Part shown: positions 37,950 to 47,206 of the stretch, one piece after another
How the letters are laid out: each line of letters opens with the position of its first letter
Numbering within the stretch: position 1 is the first letter of the stretch
Assembly (NCBI GenBank): GCA_016192455.1
Contig: JACPUC010000002.1
Location: forward strand, 1-64,000
Length of the DNA stretch: 64,000 nt
Reading direction: 5' to 3'
From: Candidatus Tectimicrobiota bacterium
GTDB lineage: Bacteria; JACPUC01
The notes under the pieces: generated by a model
What the model saw: only the letters and a program-made list of their open reading frames with translations
The model's database searches: none
What the model was told of the DNA's origin: nothing
Program-made: the position numbers and the translations under genes

Positions 37950-40530
37950 TCGTGCCCCGCTCGCCGTCCACCTCGAGGGGATCGCCGTTGCGCAGCAGTT
38001 CCGTTGCGCGCCGCACGCCGACGACCATCGGCAGGCCTAGCTCGCGCGCCATGATCGCCCCGTGGCTCAGCAGGCCGCCGGCCTCGGCAACCACGGCGGC
38101 CACGTGGGCAAAGTAGGGTGTCCAGCTTGGGTCGATGTGCGGTGCCACCAGCACGTCTCCGGGCCGCACCTCCTCGAGCTCGTCCCAGCGCCGGACCACC
38201 CGCGCCACGCCGCCGCGCCGCCCGCGGCTGACGCCGATGCCGGAGAGACGGGCGCCGGCCGCGGAATTCAGCAGGCTCGTCCGCGGCTCGGCGCCGCTTT
38301 CGCCCGCGCCTGGTGTGGCTGCGGCCGCGCCCTCGGGACGGATGAAGTAGGGCGGTCGGCGGGCGCTCGCCGTGGCGAAGGCCACGCGTCGGGCGGCGAT
38401 GGTCGCCGCGAGCTCCGGCGCCGCCTGGCTGGCGAGTCCGGATGCGGCGTGCAGCGCCTCGGCTTCGTCGAGGTGCAGGAAGAAGACGTCGTCAGGCTGC
38501 CGCAGGGCACCGCGGGCGACGAGTCCGCGCCCCAGATCGAGGAGGTCCTGCCGCAGGAGGTCGAGGCGCCGGTCGAGGGCGGCGCGCAGGTCTTCACGCA
38601 GGGCGAGGTAGCGCCGCGTCCACCCCAAGAGGCGGCGGAACAGCCAGGCGAGCAGGGCGCGTTTCGGCCAGGGGGCCTGCTCGCAGAGGCGCCGCTCGAC
38701 GAGCCGCGCGACGGGCGCGCCGCCGCCCGCCGTCTGACCCGCGGGCGTCTTCCTCTCGCCCCGCAGCGCCCGCAGGGAATTGACGGTCTCCCAGAGGAGG
38801 GCCGGCTGCTCGTGCCAGCGAGGTTGCGCCAAGTCGCGGTGGGGGGAGCGGCTCCCGTGGCGGGCCAGGTAGTCCTCCACGGCCGTTGCGAGCACAGGCT
38901 TTGACTCCGGCGGCGGTGCGCTGGGCGACCCCGGCGTCGCGCCAAGCGCAGGCAAGGTTCGTCCGGCGCTGTCGGCGACGAGATCAAGGAGGCCGGCGAG
39001 GTCGCGGTTGGCGCGCAGGGTGGCGTGCTCCGGCAGGCGTTCGATGAGGGCCAGGACGAGGGCGGCATCGCCGAGGCGGCTGGTGAGCGCCTTCAGGACC
39101 CAGGTGGCGAGCATGGCATGGAGGTACGCCCATTGGCTTACCTCTTGCAGCGTTGCGATGGTTTCGATGCGCGCCTCGATTCCCGCCGCGCCGCGACGCG
39201 CCTCGCGGACCGCCCGTTGCAGCCGGCGCGTGCGCTCGGTGTCGGCGCTCAGCCAGCTTCGGATGCGGCGATGGGCGGTAAGGAAGCGGGCGTAGGGCTG
39301 GAGGAGCTGCAGGAGCGCGAGGCCGAGGCCGGCCCGCAGCAGGCTCCCCCACGGCGGCCTTGGCGGGTGCGGCCTCGCTGGGCCGGTTGTCGTGGCGGCG
39401 GCGGCCTGGGGGGATGGCATGATGCCCCGCACCTCGTCCAGTTCGAGCAGCGGGAAGAAGCCGCGGCGCACCTCGGCGATGAGGCGGCAGTCGAGGTAGA
39501 GGTAGTGGTCGAAGACGCGCAGCGCCGGGCGGCGCGACAGACGCCGCAGGCCGAGGAGGCGCAGCGCCGTGGGGAAGGTGAAGCGCGGCGCCAGGCGGTC
39601 GACGATGATCGAGGCGGTCAGCGGCGTCATCGGCTCGTCCCATAATTCCTCGCAGAGGGCGCGCGACCAGACGCCGCGCAGCGCGGCAGGCGGGGGGGGC
39701 GCCGGCCGCGGTGACCCCGCCGCGGCGGCCTGCAGCGCCAGGGGGGAGAGGTCAGCCGTGATGGGACGCGCCTGCAGGAACCAGAAGAGGCGGCTGTCGA
39801 AGGCCCACTCGATATCCTGTGGGCGGCCGAAGGAGGCTTCCACGTCGAGGCAGCGGCGCAGGAAGGTCCGGAAGCGGGCTGCGGAGCCGGGCGGGCGGGA
39901 GGCGGCGAGCAGGCGCGCGAGGCGCCGCGCCCCTGGCGCGTGCAGCGCCTGGTGCGCGACGGCGGTGCGCTGGGGAAGACCGCGCCCGGAGGTCACGCTG
40001 CTCTCGCTCTCCGCCGACCACTCGGCCAGGAGCAGGGAGCCGGCGCTGACCACCGCCTCTGGCGTCGTTCGCGTGAAGACCACCCCGGCGGCGATGGCGG
40101 CGATCATTGGCTGCACGAGGACGGCGCCGGGCGCGGCGTCATGCCATGGCGGCGGCGCGGCGGGCTGCTGCATGGCGGTGAGGCAGGCGATGATCGCCCG
40201 CGGCACCTCGGCGGCGGAGACATGGAGGTAGGTCTGGAACTCGCCCGCGTGGCTGGCATGGGGAGCGTCCTCGAGGCGGGACGACGAGCGCACCGCGAAG
40301 GTCCCGTCGCCATGCCGCGCCAGGAACCGCTGCAGCATGGGAAGCGCAGCGCAGGCCGCCTCGATCTCCTCCGGCGTGAACTTGGCCTGCTCCGCTCCGG
40401 ACTGCATGACTACCAGCGTCGGCGGCACCAAGAATCCCGCCGCGGCGAGGCGCGCCAAGGCCGCCGCCTTGTTCCCGGCGCTGCGGCGCTGCTCCGAGCC
40501 GAGCGCTCTCAGCGGGATAACGTGCCACAT
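37843..40530 (-). CDS. PEP-utilising phosphotransferase (ATP-grasp + central domain + C-terminal phospho-His domain; rifamycin-phosphotransferase-like architecture)
   Basis: GNKAAAL, AVRSSS..ED, SHAGEF, PQDIEWA, LQARPIT, and C-terminal GGLLSHGAIMARELGLP; start uncertain. Confidence 0.8.
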   Translation of the reverse strand: MWHVIPLRALGSEQRRSAGNKAAALARLAAAGFLVPPTLVVMQSGAEQAKFTPEEIEAACAALPMLQRFLARHGDGTFAVRSSSRLEDAPHASHAGEFQTYLHVSAAEVPRAIIACLTAMQQPAAPPPWHDAAPGAVLVQPMIAAIAAGVVFTRTTPEAVVSAGSLLLAEWSAESESSVTSGRGLPQRTAVAHQALHAPGARRLARLLAASRPPGSAARFRTFLRRCLDVEASFGRPQDIEWAFDSRLFWFLQARPITADLSPLALQAAAAGSPRPAPPPPAALRGVWSRALCEELWDEPMTPLTASIIVDRLAPRFTFPTALRLLGLRRLSRRPALRVFDHYLYLDCRLIAEVRRGFFPLLELDEVRGIMPSPQAAAATTTGPARPHPPRPPWGSLLRAGLGLALLQLLQPYARFLTAHRRIRSWLSADTERTRRLQRAVREARRGAAGIEARIETIATLQEVSQWAYLHAMLATWVLKALTSRLGDAALVLALIERLPEHATLRANRDLAGLLDLVADSAGRTLPALGATPGSPSAPPPESKPVLATAVEDYLARHGSRSPHRDLAQPRWHEQPALLWETVNSLRALRGERKTPAGQTAGGGAPVARLVERRLCEQAPWPKRALLAWLFRRLLGWTRRYLALREDLRAALDRRLDLLRQDLLDLGRGLVARGALRQPDDVFFLHLDEAEALHAASGLASQAAPELAATIAARRVAFATASARRPPYFIRPEGAAAATPGAGESGAEPRTSLLNSAAGARLSGIGVSRGRRGGVARVVRRWDELEEVRPGDVLVAPHIDPSWTPYFAHVAAVVAEAGGLLSHGAIMARELGLPMVVGVRRATELLRNGDPLEVDGERGTISLSPQAPRQEGAQPTASRREESPRQGEAPPRRQG

Positions 40531-40735
40531 GACGACACCGAGTGGGGAAAGCAGGCGCTCCCCTGGAGCACCCCGGCGTGGAGCGCAAGGGTGCGCCTCA
40601 CATCGCGGCGCTGCGTCCTCCATGGTACACCAACCGCCGAGCCAGAGGCAGCCCGTGGGCTCGGCTGCAACGACAAAAGCTCCAGGCCGCACCCGACCTG
40701 GAGCTCTTGGAGGAAGACCTGCTGTTGGAGGCCCG

Positions 40736-41200
40736 TTAGAGCTTCTTGATCTCCGCGATCAGCTCGTTGTTCTCGGGGATTCCCTTCTCCCAAACCTTGC
40801 TGAAGCGGATCGTGCCCGCCTTGTCGATAAGGAAGCAGGCTCGCTTCGAGAAGCCCTTCTCGTTGAAGACGCCGAAGGTCTGCGCGGCCTTGCCGTGCGG
40901 GTAGAAGTCCGACAGCATGGGGAAGGAGATGCCTCCCAGCTTCTCGGCGAACACCTTGTTGCTGAAGACGCTGTCACAACTGATACTCACGACCTGAGTA
41001 TTGAGCTCTTCGAAGCGCTTGCGGTCGGCCTCGAAGTTCTTCAGCTCATTCTCTCACCCAGGTGTGAAGGCGAGGGGGTAGAAAGCGACGAGGACATTCT
41101 TCTTGCCGCGGTACTCAGCCAGCGAGTGGTTCTTGCCGAACTCGATCGCAAGCTCGACCGAGGGGGCTTTGGTACCGGGCTGTAAGGGTTGATCAGCCAT
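40736..41200 (-). CDS. Peroxiredoxin (AhpC/TSA, AhpE/BCP-like), selenocysteine-containing; in-frame TGA at 41056-41054
   Basis: AAAGGAGG RBS, then MADQPLQPG.KAP...VLVAFYPLAFTPG-TGA-ENEL...SISCDS...FPMLSDF.PHG...RACFLID; TGA is at the peroxidatic-Cys position and the frame stays open on both sides. Confidence 0.88.
41003..41047 (-). promoter_or_regulatory. Candidate SECIS hairpin of the peroxiredoxin gene
   Basis: After UGA: GAGCU...CUUCGAGGC-loop(CGACCGCAAGC)-GCUUCGAAG-AGCUC; 9-bp upper stem with one G-U pair. Confidence 0.5.
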
Positions 41201-41535
41201 AGCGAGCCTCCTTTACAGCGGATCATCGGACGGGCGCGCGGAATGCGCCCTGCTTCGACTGGAGAGGTAATGCGTCATCAGTATGGTGCAAGGGAGCGGG
41301 ACGCGCAACGCCTCTTTGTGGAGCATCCCGTGCAGAGTGGCGGGGCTGCGCGGCGGGCTTCCGCGCGGACGGGCTCGGCATGGGGGGCGCGCGGAGGCAG
41401 ACTGGAGCGCACCGCAAGAAGGGCTCCCAGAACCCCTCGCCGCGCGCTATAACCCTCGTGAGGGGGTCAGGAAGACGCTACCTACGGCGGTGGAGCGAGC
41501 TGCTCGTCGCGCAAGCCACTGCCCTGGATGTCTCG

Positions 41536-42309
41536 ATGGAACGTTCTGCTGAGTGCCCGGAGACCTTGCTCGAGGAGGAGCCGGCGGGGCTGCTCGATCG
41601 GGCTGCCATCGCGCGCCAGGTAGGCCAGCCGTGGGAGCGCGAGAGCGGCGTCGGCCGCGCCCTCGAGGAGGCCATGGAGGCGGTGGCGCGCAGCCTGGCG
41701 CCGCGCAGCTTAAGCGCCTGCTTCCCGCTGGCCGTGGGCGCGCCTCCCCAACCGGGAGGGCCCGCCGGCATCTGGATCGGCTCTCGGTGGTTCGAGGCGC
41801 CGTACCTTGCCCGCCGCCTGGCGCCGTTGGCGCCGCCGCGCGTCGCGCTCTTCTGCGTCACCCTGGGGTCGGCCTGCGACGCGCTCATCAGCGGCCTCGG
41901 CCGGCGCGGCGCCGTCGCCGAGGCGTACTTCGCCGATTGCGTGGCCTCGGCGGCGATCTCCACCTTGACGAACCGCGTGCATGAACGGCTGCAGGGAGCG
42001 GCGGGGGCGCGCCGCACCTTCCGGTTGAGTCCCGGCATCATGGCGCGCAGCGGCTCCGGGGTGGCCTACGACCGTGAGCACTGGCCGCTCGCGGCGCAGG
42101 CGATGTTCGCGCAGCTCCTCTCCCTGGACCGTCTCGGCGTGCGGCTGGACCAGACGTACTGGACCCTGCAGCCGAGCAAGACGACGACCGCCCTGGTGCC
42201 GCTCTGCCCGCTGCCCTCCGCCGCGTCCGGCGGCTCGTCGGGGCGCGGCCGTTCTCGACGCGGCCCTTCGAGACGTGCCGAGTCGCCTCCGGACGACTCT
42301 AGGGCATGA
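41536..42309 (+). CDS. Protein resembling the B12-dependent methionine synthase reactivation domain
   Basis: ALFCVTLG, EAYFADCVAS, RLSPG, WPL..Q, LGVRL...LQPSKTTTAL; start uncertain. Confidence 0.55.
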   Translation: MERSAECPETLLEEEPAGLLDRAAIARQVGQPWERESGVGRALEEAMEAVARSLAPRSLSACFPLAVGAPPQPGGPAGIWIGSRWFEAPYLARRLAPLAPPRVALFCVTLGSACDALISGLGRRGAVAEAYFADCVASAAISTLTNRVHERLQGAAGARRTFRLSPGIMARSGSGVAYDREHWPLAAQAMFAQLLSLDRLGVRLDQTYWTLQPSKTTTALVPLCPLPSAASGGSSGRGRSRRGPSRRAESPPDDSRA

Positions 42310-42545
42310 GTGGGGGTTCGCGTCGAAGCGCCGGCCGGGGGCGAGGCAGGGTCCGGGTTCAGGGCATCAGCGGCGACGGTGAGTCGGCGTAGGGCGGTGT
42401 GGAGGGTGGCGGCGGCGCGCTGGGGTACCAGGACATTCCCTGTGTCAAGGGGGGAGGGGGTGGAATAGCGGCCAGGGCGCCGTGCTGGCGGTGCGGCGCG
42501 GAGGAAGGCGGACGACGGGGGGCGGCCGGCCCGTGCGGCGGGTAC

Positions 42546-43400
42546 CTACATCTCCAGCGCCAGTCGGTTCAGCGAGCGCGCCACGTTCTGGAAGCAGCGC
42601 GAGGCGGCGCTCTGCGGGAACAGCTCGGTGACCGGGCGCTGCGCGCAGACGGCCTGCACGACGCGCTCATCCAGCACGACATGACCTGCGTAGGTGAGCT
42701 TCACATCGAGGAAGCGATTGGTGACGGCCTGCAGGCGCTTGAAGATTTCCGCCGCCTCGGCGGCGCTCTTGACGCAATTGATGACGAGGATGAAGCTGTG
42801 CCTGGCGTGACGCAGGGAGAGCACCTTGATCACCGCATAGGCATCGGTCATCGAGGTCGGCTCCGGCGTCAGCACCACCAGGACATCATCGGCCATGAGG
42901 TTGAAGAAGACCACGTTGGAGGAAATGCCCGCGGAGGTATCGAGGAGGAGGAGGTCGTAGGTGCTGGCGAAGGACGAGATCTCTTCGAGCACGGTGGTGC
43001 GATCTTCGGGGCTGAGGCGCGTCAGCTCCTCGATCCCCGAGGCCGCCGGAATAATGGAGGAGCCTCCCGGTCCCGGGACGATGATCTCCCCCATCTCGCG
43101 CTCGCCCTCCAGCACGTGCTGCAGCGTGTAGCGCGGCGCCAGGCCGAGCAACACGTCGAGGTTGGCGAGGCCCAGGTCGGCGTCGAGCACGAGCACCTTC
43201 CGACCCGCCTTGGCGTAGAGGGCAGCCAGGTTGATGACGAGGTTGGATTTCCCCACGCCCCCCTTGCCGCTCGTGACGGAGATCACCCGAACCTGGGTCT
43301 TCGGCACGCCGGGGCGGTGTGCCTCCTCTCTGGTGAGGAGCGTCCGCTCCGGCGTGCCGATCGCCGTTAGTTGTTGCTCGTCGCCATCCCATGCGCCCAT
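42546..43400 (-). CDS. MinD/ParA-family ATPase, FlhG/FleN-like
   Basis: ISVTSGKGGVGKSN, LDADLGLAN, DTSAGIS, TPEPTSMTDAYA.IK. Confidence 0.88.
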   Translation of the reverse strand: MGAWDGDEQQLTAIGTPERTLLTREEAHRPGVPKTQVRVISVTSGKGGVGKSNLVINLAALYAKAGRKVLVLDADLGLANLDVLLGLAPRYTLQHVLEGEREMGEIIVPGPGGSSIIPAASGIEELTRLSPEDRTTVLEEISSFASTYDLLLLDTSAGISSNVVFFNLMADDVLVVLTPEPTSMTDAYAVIKVLSLRHARHSFILVINCVKSAAEAAEIFKRLQAVTNRFLDVKLTYAGHVVLDERVVQAVCAQRPVTELFPQSAASRCFQNVARSLNRLALEM

Positions 43401-43444
43401 CTTGCATCCCTTCTCTATGGCTGGTCGTTCACGCGCTTTTGTCG

Positions 43445-44365
43445 TTACTGCGAGACCAAGAGCTCCTTTTCGTGAGACGTGATCTGCATCCGCCCCGCCT
43501 TGGCGCCATCCGCGAAGCAGCTCACCCGATTGCGCCCTGCGCGCTTGGCGGCGTAGAGGGCGACATCGGCACGCTCGATGAGCTCCTGCTCGCCGAGCCC
43601 GTCGTCGAAGCGATGGGTGGAGACGCCGAAGCTCGCCGTCACGTTCAGGCGCAGGTCGCGGAACGTGAACACGCTGCTGCTGATGCAGCGTCGCATGCGT
43701 TCAGCAAGGACCCGCGCCTGCGCCGAGTTGGCGTCGGGAAGGATGAGCCCGAACTCCTCCCCGCCGTAACGGGTGAGGGTGTCGGTCTCGCGCATGGTGG
43801 CCAGCATCAGCCGCGCCACGTGGCGCAGCACGGCGTCGCCGGTGAGATGCCCGTAGGTGTCATTCACCTGCTTGAAATGGTCGAGGTCGATGATGGCGAC
43901 GGAGCAGGGCTCCTTCACCCGACGGACGCGCTTGAACTCCCGACCCAGCACGTCGAGGAAGTAGGTGCGATTGCGCAGACCGGTGAGGCCATCGGTCATG
44001 GAGAACTCGCACAGCCGGTTGATGAGGTGCTGGAGATCCTCCGCGCTGCGTGGCAGCGACGGGCGCCCTACCCCCGGCGTGCCGGCGCCGTGCAGGTTCT
44101 GCTCGAGCTGGGCGACAATGCGGATGGCCTCGTGGAGGTCGAGGCCAGCCGCGTCGATGAGGCCGGCGCGCTGGTCCTCGATCTCCTCGCCGCGCGGGCT
44201 CGCCAGGGGACGCAGTGGCGCCTCGAGGGGATGATCCTCCGCACCTCTCCCCCGACGCTCGCCGCTGACGATCGTCATCCTCCTGCGGGCGTCTCGGGGT
44301 AGCCTGACGGCGCGCGTGCGTTTTTGATCCTCGAGTTTCTTCACCGGCAGCATCCTTGCCCTCAT
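43445..44365 (-). CDS. Diguanylate cyclase (GGDEF domain)
   Basis: TDGLTGLRNR, DLDHFKQVNDTYGH, RETD I-site, RYGGEEF, ADVALYAAKRAGRNR; start uncertain. Confidence 0.92.
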   Translation of the reverse strand: MRARMLPVKKLEDQKRTRAVRLPRDARRRMTIVSGERRGRGAEDHPLEAPLRPLASPRGEEIEDQRAGLIDAAGLDLHEAIRIVAQLEQNLHGAGTPGVGRPSLPRSAEDLQHLINRLCEFSMTDGLTGLRNRTYFLDVLGREFKRVRRVKEPCSVAIIDLDHFKQVNDTYGHLTGDAVLRHVARLMLATMRETDTLTRYGGEEFGLILPDANSAQARVLAERMRRCISSSVFTFRDLRLNVTASFGVSTHRFDDGLGEQELIERADVALYAAKRAGRNRVSCFADGAKAGRMQITSHEKELLVSQ

Positions 44366-44811
44366 GCGTCGCGGCAGCGCTGGTGGCTCGACCAGCCGCT
44401 GATTGAAGAGGTGTTCCGCATCCCCCGCTCCTTGGGGTCCCGGAAGTGCACTCTTCTTATCGACAGATGCGGCGGAATCTTAAGATTGAGATGCGCCGGC
44501 GCGGCCGGGGCCGGGGAAAAAACAGCGGCAAGCAGGGCGGGATGTATATTGAGTGGGTGGGCCGTCCCCCGCCCGGCGCGTCCGAGGCGGTGCGAGGCTT
44601 CGGGACGCGGGTTCTGCGCCCGGCCCCGGGGGAGGGCTGGCCGCTGGGCGCTCCTCCCTGCCTCTGCCGGCGCGGTAGACGGCTGCTCCCCAGTGGAGAC
44701 CGCCCCCGGAAGAGCGGCAGCGCCCGGCGCGAGGCGCGGGGGATCGCCACCCTACGACGTTCGCCGTTGGCGTTGATCCGCAGTGTAGCCAAGGAAGACA
44801 GGAGGAAACGT

Positions 44812-45576
44812 ATGGGGTTGGAGATGTTTTCCCTGCAGGGGAAGATTGCCGTGGTCACCGGCGGCGGCCGTGGGCTGGGGAGAGCGATTGCCGAGGGTTT
44901 TGCCGAAGCCGGGGCCGATGTGGTGCTGGTGGCGCGCACGCAGGCGCAGCTCGACGCGGCGGCGCGGCACATCGAGGGGCTGGGCCGCCGGGCGCACCCG
45001 GTGGCCGCCGATGTGACGAAGCGCCGGGACGTGGAGCACGTCGTCGCCGAGGCCGTGCAGCGCTTCGGGCAGATCGACATCCTCGCCAACGTGGCCGGCA
45101 TGAACATCGAGGGACCGAGCGCCGAGCAGACGGAAGAGGACTGGGATGCGGTGCTGGCGGTCAACCTGAAGGGCTGCTACCTCGGCTGCCAGACGGTGGG
45201 ACGCCACATGATCGAACGGGGCGGCGGGCGCATCATCAACATGTCCTCGATCGGCGGCCTCATCGGCATTGCGCGCAACTCCGCCTACACCGCCGCGAAG
45301 GCGGGGATCATCATGCTCAGCCGCTCCCTCGCCGTGGAGTGGGCGCGCTATCGCATCAACGTCAACGCGCTCTGCCCCGGCTACTTCATCACCGATATCA
45401 ATCGCGACTACTTCGCCAGCGAGTCCGGTCAAGCCTTCATCAAACGCTTCATCCCCCTTCGTCGCACCGGCCAGATCGAGGAGATCAAGGGGGCGGCGAT
45501 CTTCCTGGCCTCGCCGGCCTCGAACTTCATGACCGGCTCCGCCCTCGTCATCGACGGCGGCCAGACCGCCTGGTAG
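44812..45576 (+). CDS. Short-chain dehydrogenase/reductase
   Basis: TGGGRGLG, NVAG, INMSS, YTAAK, VNALCPG, DGG; AGGAGG RBS. Confidence 0.93.
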   Translation: MGLEMFSLQGKIAVVTGGGRGLGRAIAEGFAEAGADVVLVARTQAQLDAAARHIEGLGRRAHPVAADVTKRRDVEHVVAEAVQRFGQIDILANVAGMNIEGPSAEQTEEDWDAVLAVNLKGCYLGCQTVGRHMIERGGGRIINMSSIGGLIGIARNSAYTAAKAGIIMLSRSLAVEWARYRINVNALCPGYFITDINRDYFASESGQAFIKRFIPLRRTGQIEEIKGAAIFLASPASNFMTGSALVIDGGQTAW

Positions 45577-45649
45577 CGGGGGAGGGCGGGTGCGGGGGGG
45601 CAAGGAGTCCCCCCCAAGAGTCTTGTGCGGCGACGTGCTGCGAGGAACC

Positions 45650-47071
45650 CTAGCCGCCGCGAAGGGCCGCCGCGATCGCCTGGCGCGGCAGGCTGCGCTG
45701 CTCGCCGCTGCGCAGGTCCTTCACCTGCACCTCGCCGCGGGTTACCTCCTCCGGTCCCAGGATGGCCACGTAGGGGATACCGCGCTTACTCGCAAACCTG
45801 AGCTGCTTGGCGAGCTTCTCGGCGCCGACGTACAGCTCGCTGCGAATGCCGGCGCGGCGCAGCTCGCCGACGAGCCGCAGGGACTCCCCGATGAGCTCCT
45901 CGCCGAAGATCGTGACGAGGACCTGCGTGGTGGTCGTCGGCACCCTTCCGGCGGCCAGTCCCAGTTCCTCCATGACGTCGACGATGCGCTCCAGGCCGAT
46001 GGTCGAGCCGGTGGCCGGCACCTGGCGGCCGGAGAAGATGCCGACGAGGTTGTCGTAGCGCCCGCCGCCGGTGATGCTGCCGATGCGCGGCTCCTCGACG
46101 ACGGTCTCGAAGATGGGGCCGGTGTAGTAGTCAAGGCCGCGCACCATGGTGAAATCGACCGCGTAGGCGGCGGGATCGACGCCGAGGTCGCGCAGGTGGC
46201 TGAGCAGGCGCATCAGATCATCAATCGCTTTGTTTGCCTCTCTCGATGCATCCTGAGACTCTGAAAGGATTTCGAATACCTCTTTAAGTAGGTTCTCGTG
46301 ATCTTGCTTTTCTGCTTCAAGCAGGTTGCTTGAGAACCGTGGATTGTTGGTTAGGTAGAGAAGTGGTTCGAGCTTCCGAACAGCATTCTGGGCTATTCCT
46401 GCGCTCAACATTTCTTCATGCACACCTGTGGTCCCGATCTTCTCCAGCTTGTCGATGGCGCGATACATGGCGCCGAGCTGCTCGCCCTCGATGCCGGCGT
46501 AGTGGCCAATGCCCGCCAGCAGCTTGCGGTGGTTGATCTTCGTCGTGAAGCGCTGGAAGCCCAACCGGGAAAGCGCCGTATAGAGCACCGCGATGATCTC
46601 GGCATCGGCGAGCATGCTGGAGCTGCCGAGGATGTCCACGTCGCACTGCCAGAACTCGCGGTAGCGCCCCTTCTGCGGCTTGTCGGCCCGCCACACCGGC
46701 TGCATCTGGTAGCGCTTGAACGGCTTCGGCAGCTCGGGGTACATGGCGACGACGCGGCAGAGCGGCACCGTCAGGTCGTAGCGCAGGGCCACCTCGCGTC
46801 GGCCGTGGTCCTCGAAGCGGTAGATGAGCTTCTCCCCCTCCTCGCCGTACTTCCCCTCCAGCGTCGCCGCGTATTCCAGGGCGGGCGTCTCCAGCGGCTC
46901 GAAGCCGAAGCTCTCGAAGGTGTCGGCGATGGTGCGGATGACGTGCTGGCGCAGCAGCATCGTCCGCGGCAGGAAGTCGCGCGTCCCCTTGAGGATCTGT
47001 GGCTTCACCTTCGCTGTCGCCTGGCCGGGGGAAGTCGGCACGGGAGGATTCGGGGAGGTCTGCTCAGCCAT
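45650..47071 (-). CDS. hisS: Histidine--tRNA ligase
   Basis: KGTRDF, LRYDLTVP, WRADKPQKGRYREFWQCD, RGLDYYTG, GGGRYD, anticodon-binding domain. Confidence 0.95.
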   Translation of the reverse strand: MAEQTSPNPPVPTSPGQATAKVKPQILKGTRDFLPRTMLLRQHVIRTIADTFESFGFEPLETPALEYAATLEGKYGEEGEKLIYRFEDHGRREVALRYDLTVPLCRVVAMYPELPKPFKRYQMQPVWRADKPQKGRYREFWQCDVDILGSSSMLADAEIIAVLYTALSRLGFQRFTTKINHRKLLAGIGHYAGIEGEQLGAMYRAIDKLEKIGTTGVHEEMLSAGIAQNAVRKLEPLLYLTNNPRFSSNLLEAEKQDHENLLKEVFEILSESQDASREANKAIDDLMRLLSHLRDLGVDPAAYAVDFTMVRGLDYYTGPIFETVVEEPRIGSITGGGRYDNLVGIFSGRQVPATGSTIGLERIVDVMEELGLAAGRVPTTTTQVLVTIFGEELIGESLRLVGELRRAGIRSELYVGAEKLAKQLRFASKRGIPYVAILGPEEVTRGEVQVKDLRSGEQRSLPRQAIAAALRGG

Positions 47072-47206
47072 GGCTCTCCTGGTTTCCAACGGTTGTGGTG
47101 GGCCTCGCCGGCGCGGGGAAGGGAGGGGAATCGGCAGGGCGCCAGGGCTGCGCCGCGGCTCGTGCTGTACGGCCCGCGCGCGGCCCTCCGGGCGGGCGAG
47201 GGTCGG

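Noticed and set aside
46215-46434. Intein or self-splicing intron in hisS
   Set aside because: Too short, no Cys/Ser...His-Asn intein termini, no stop codons or intron structure evident
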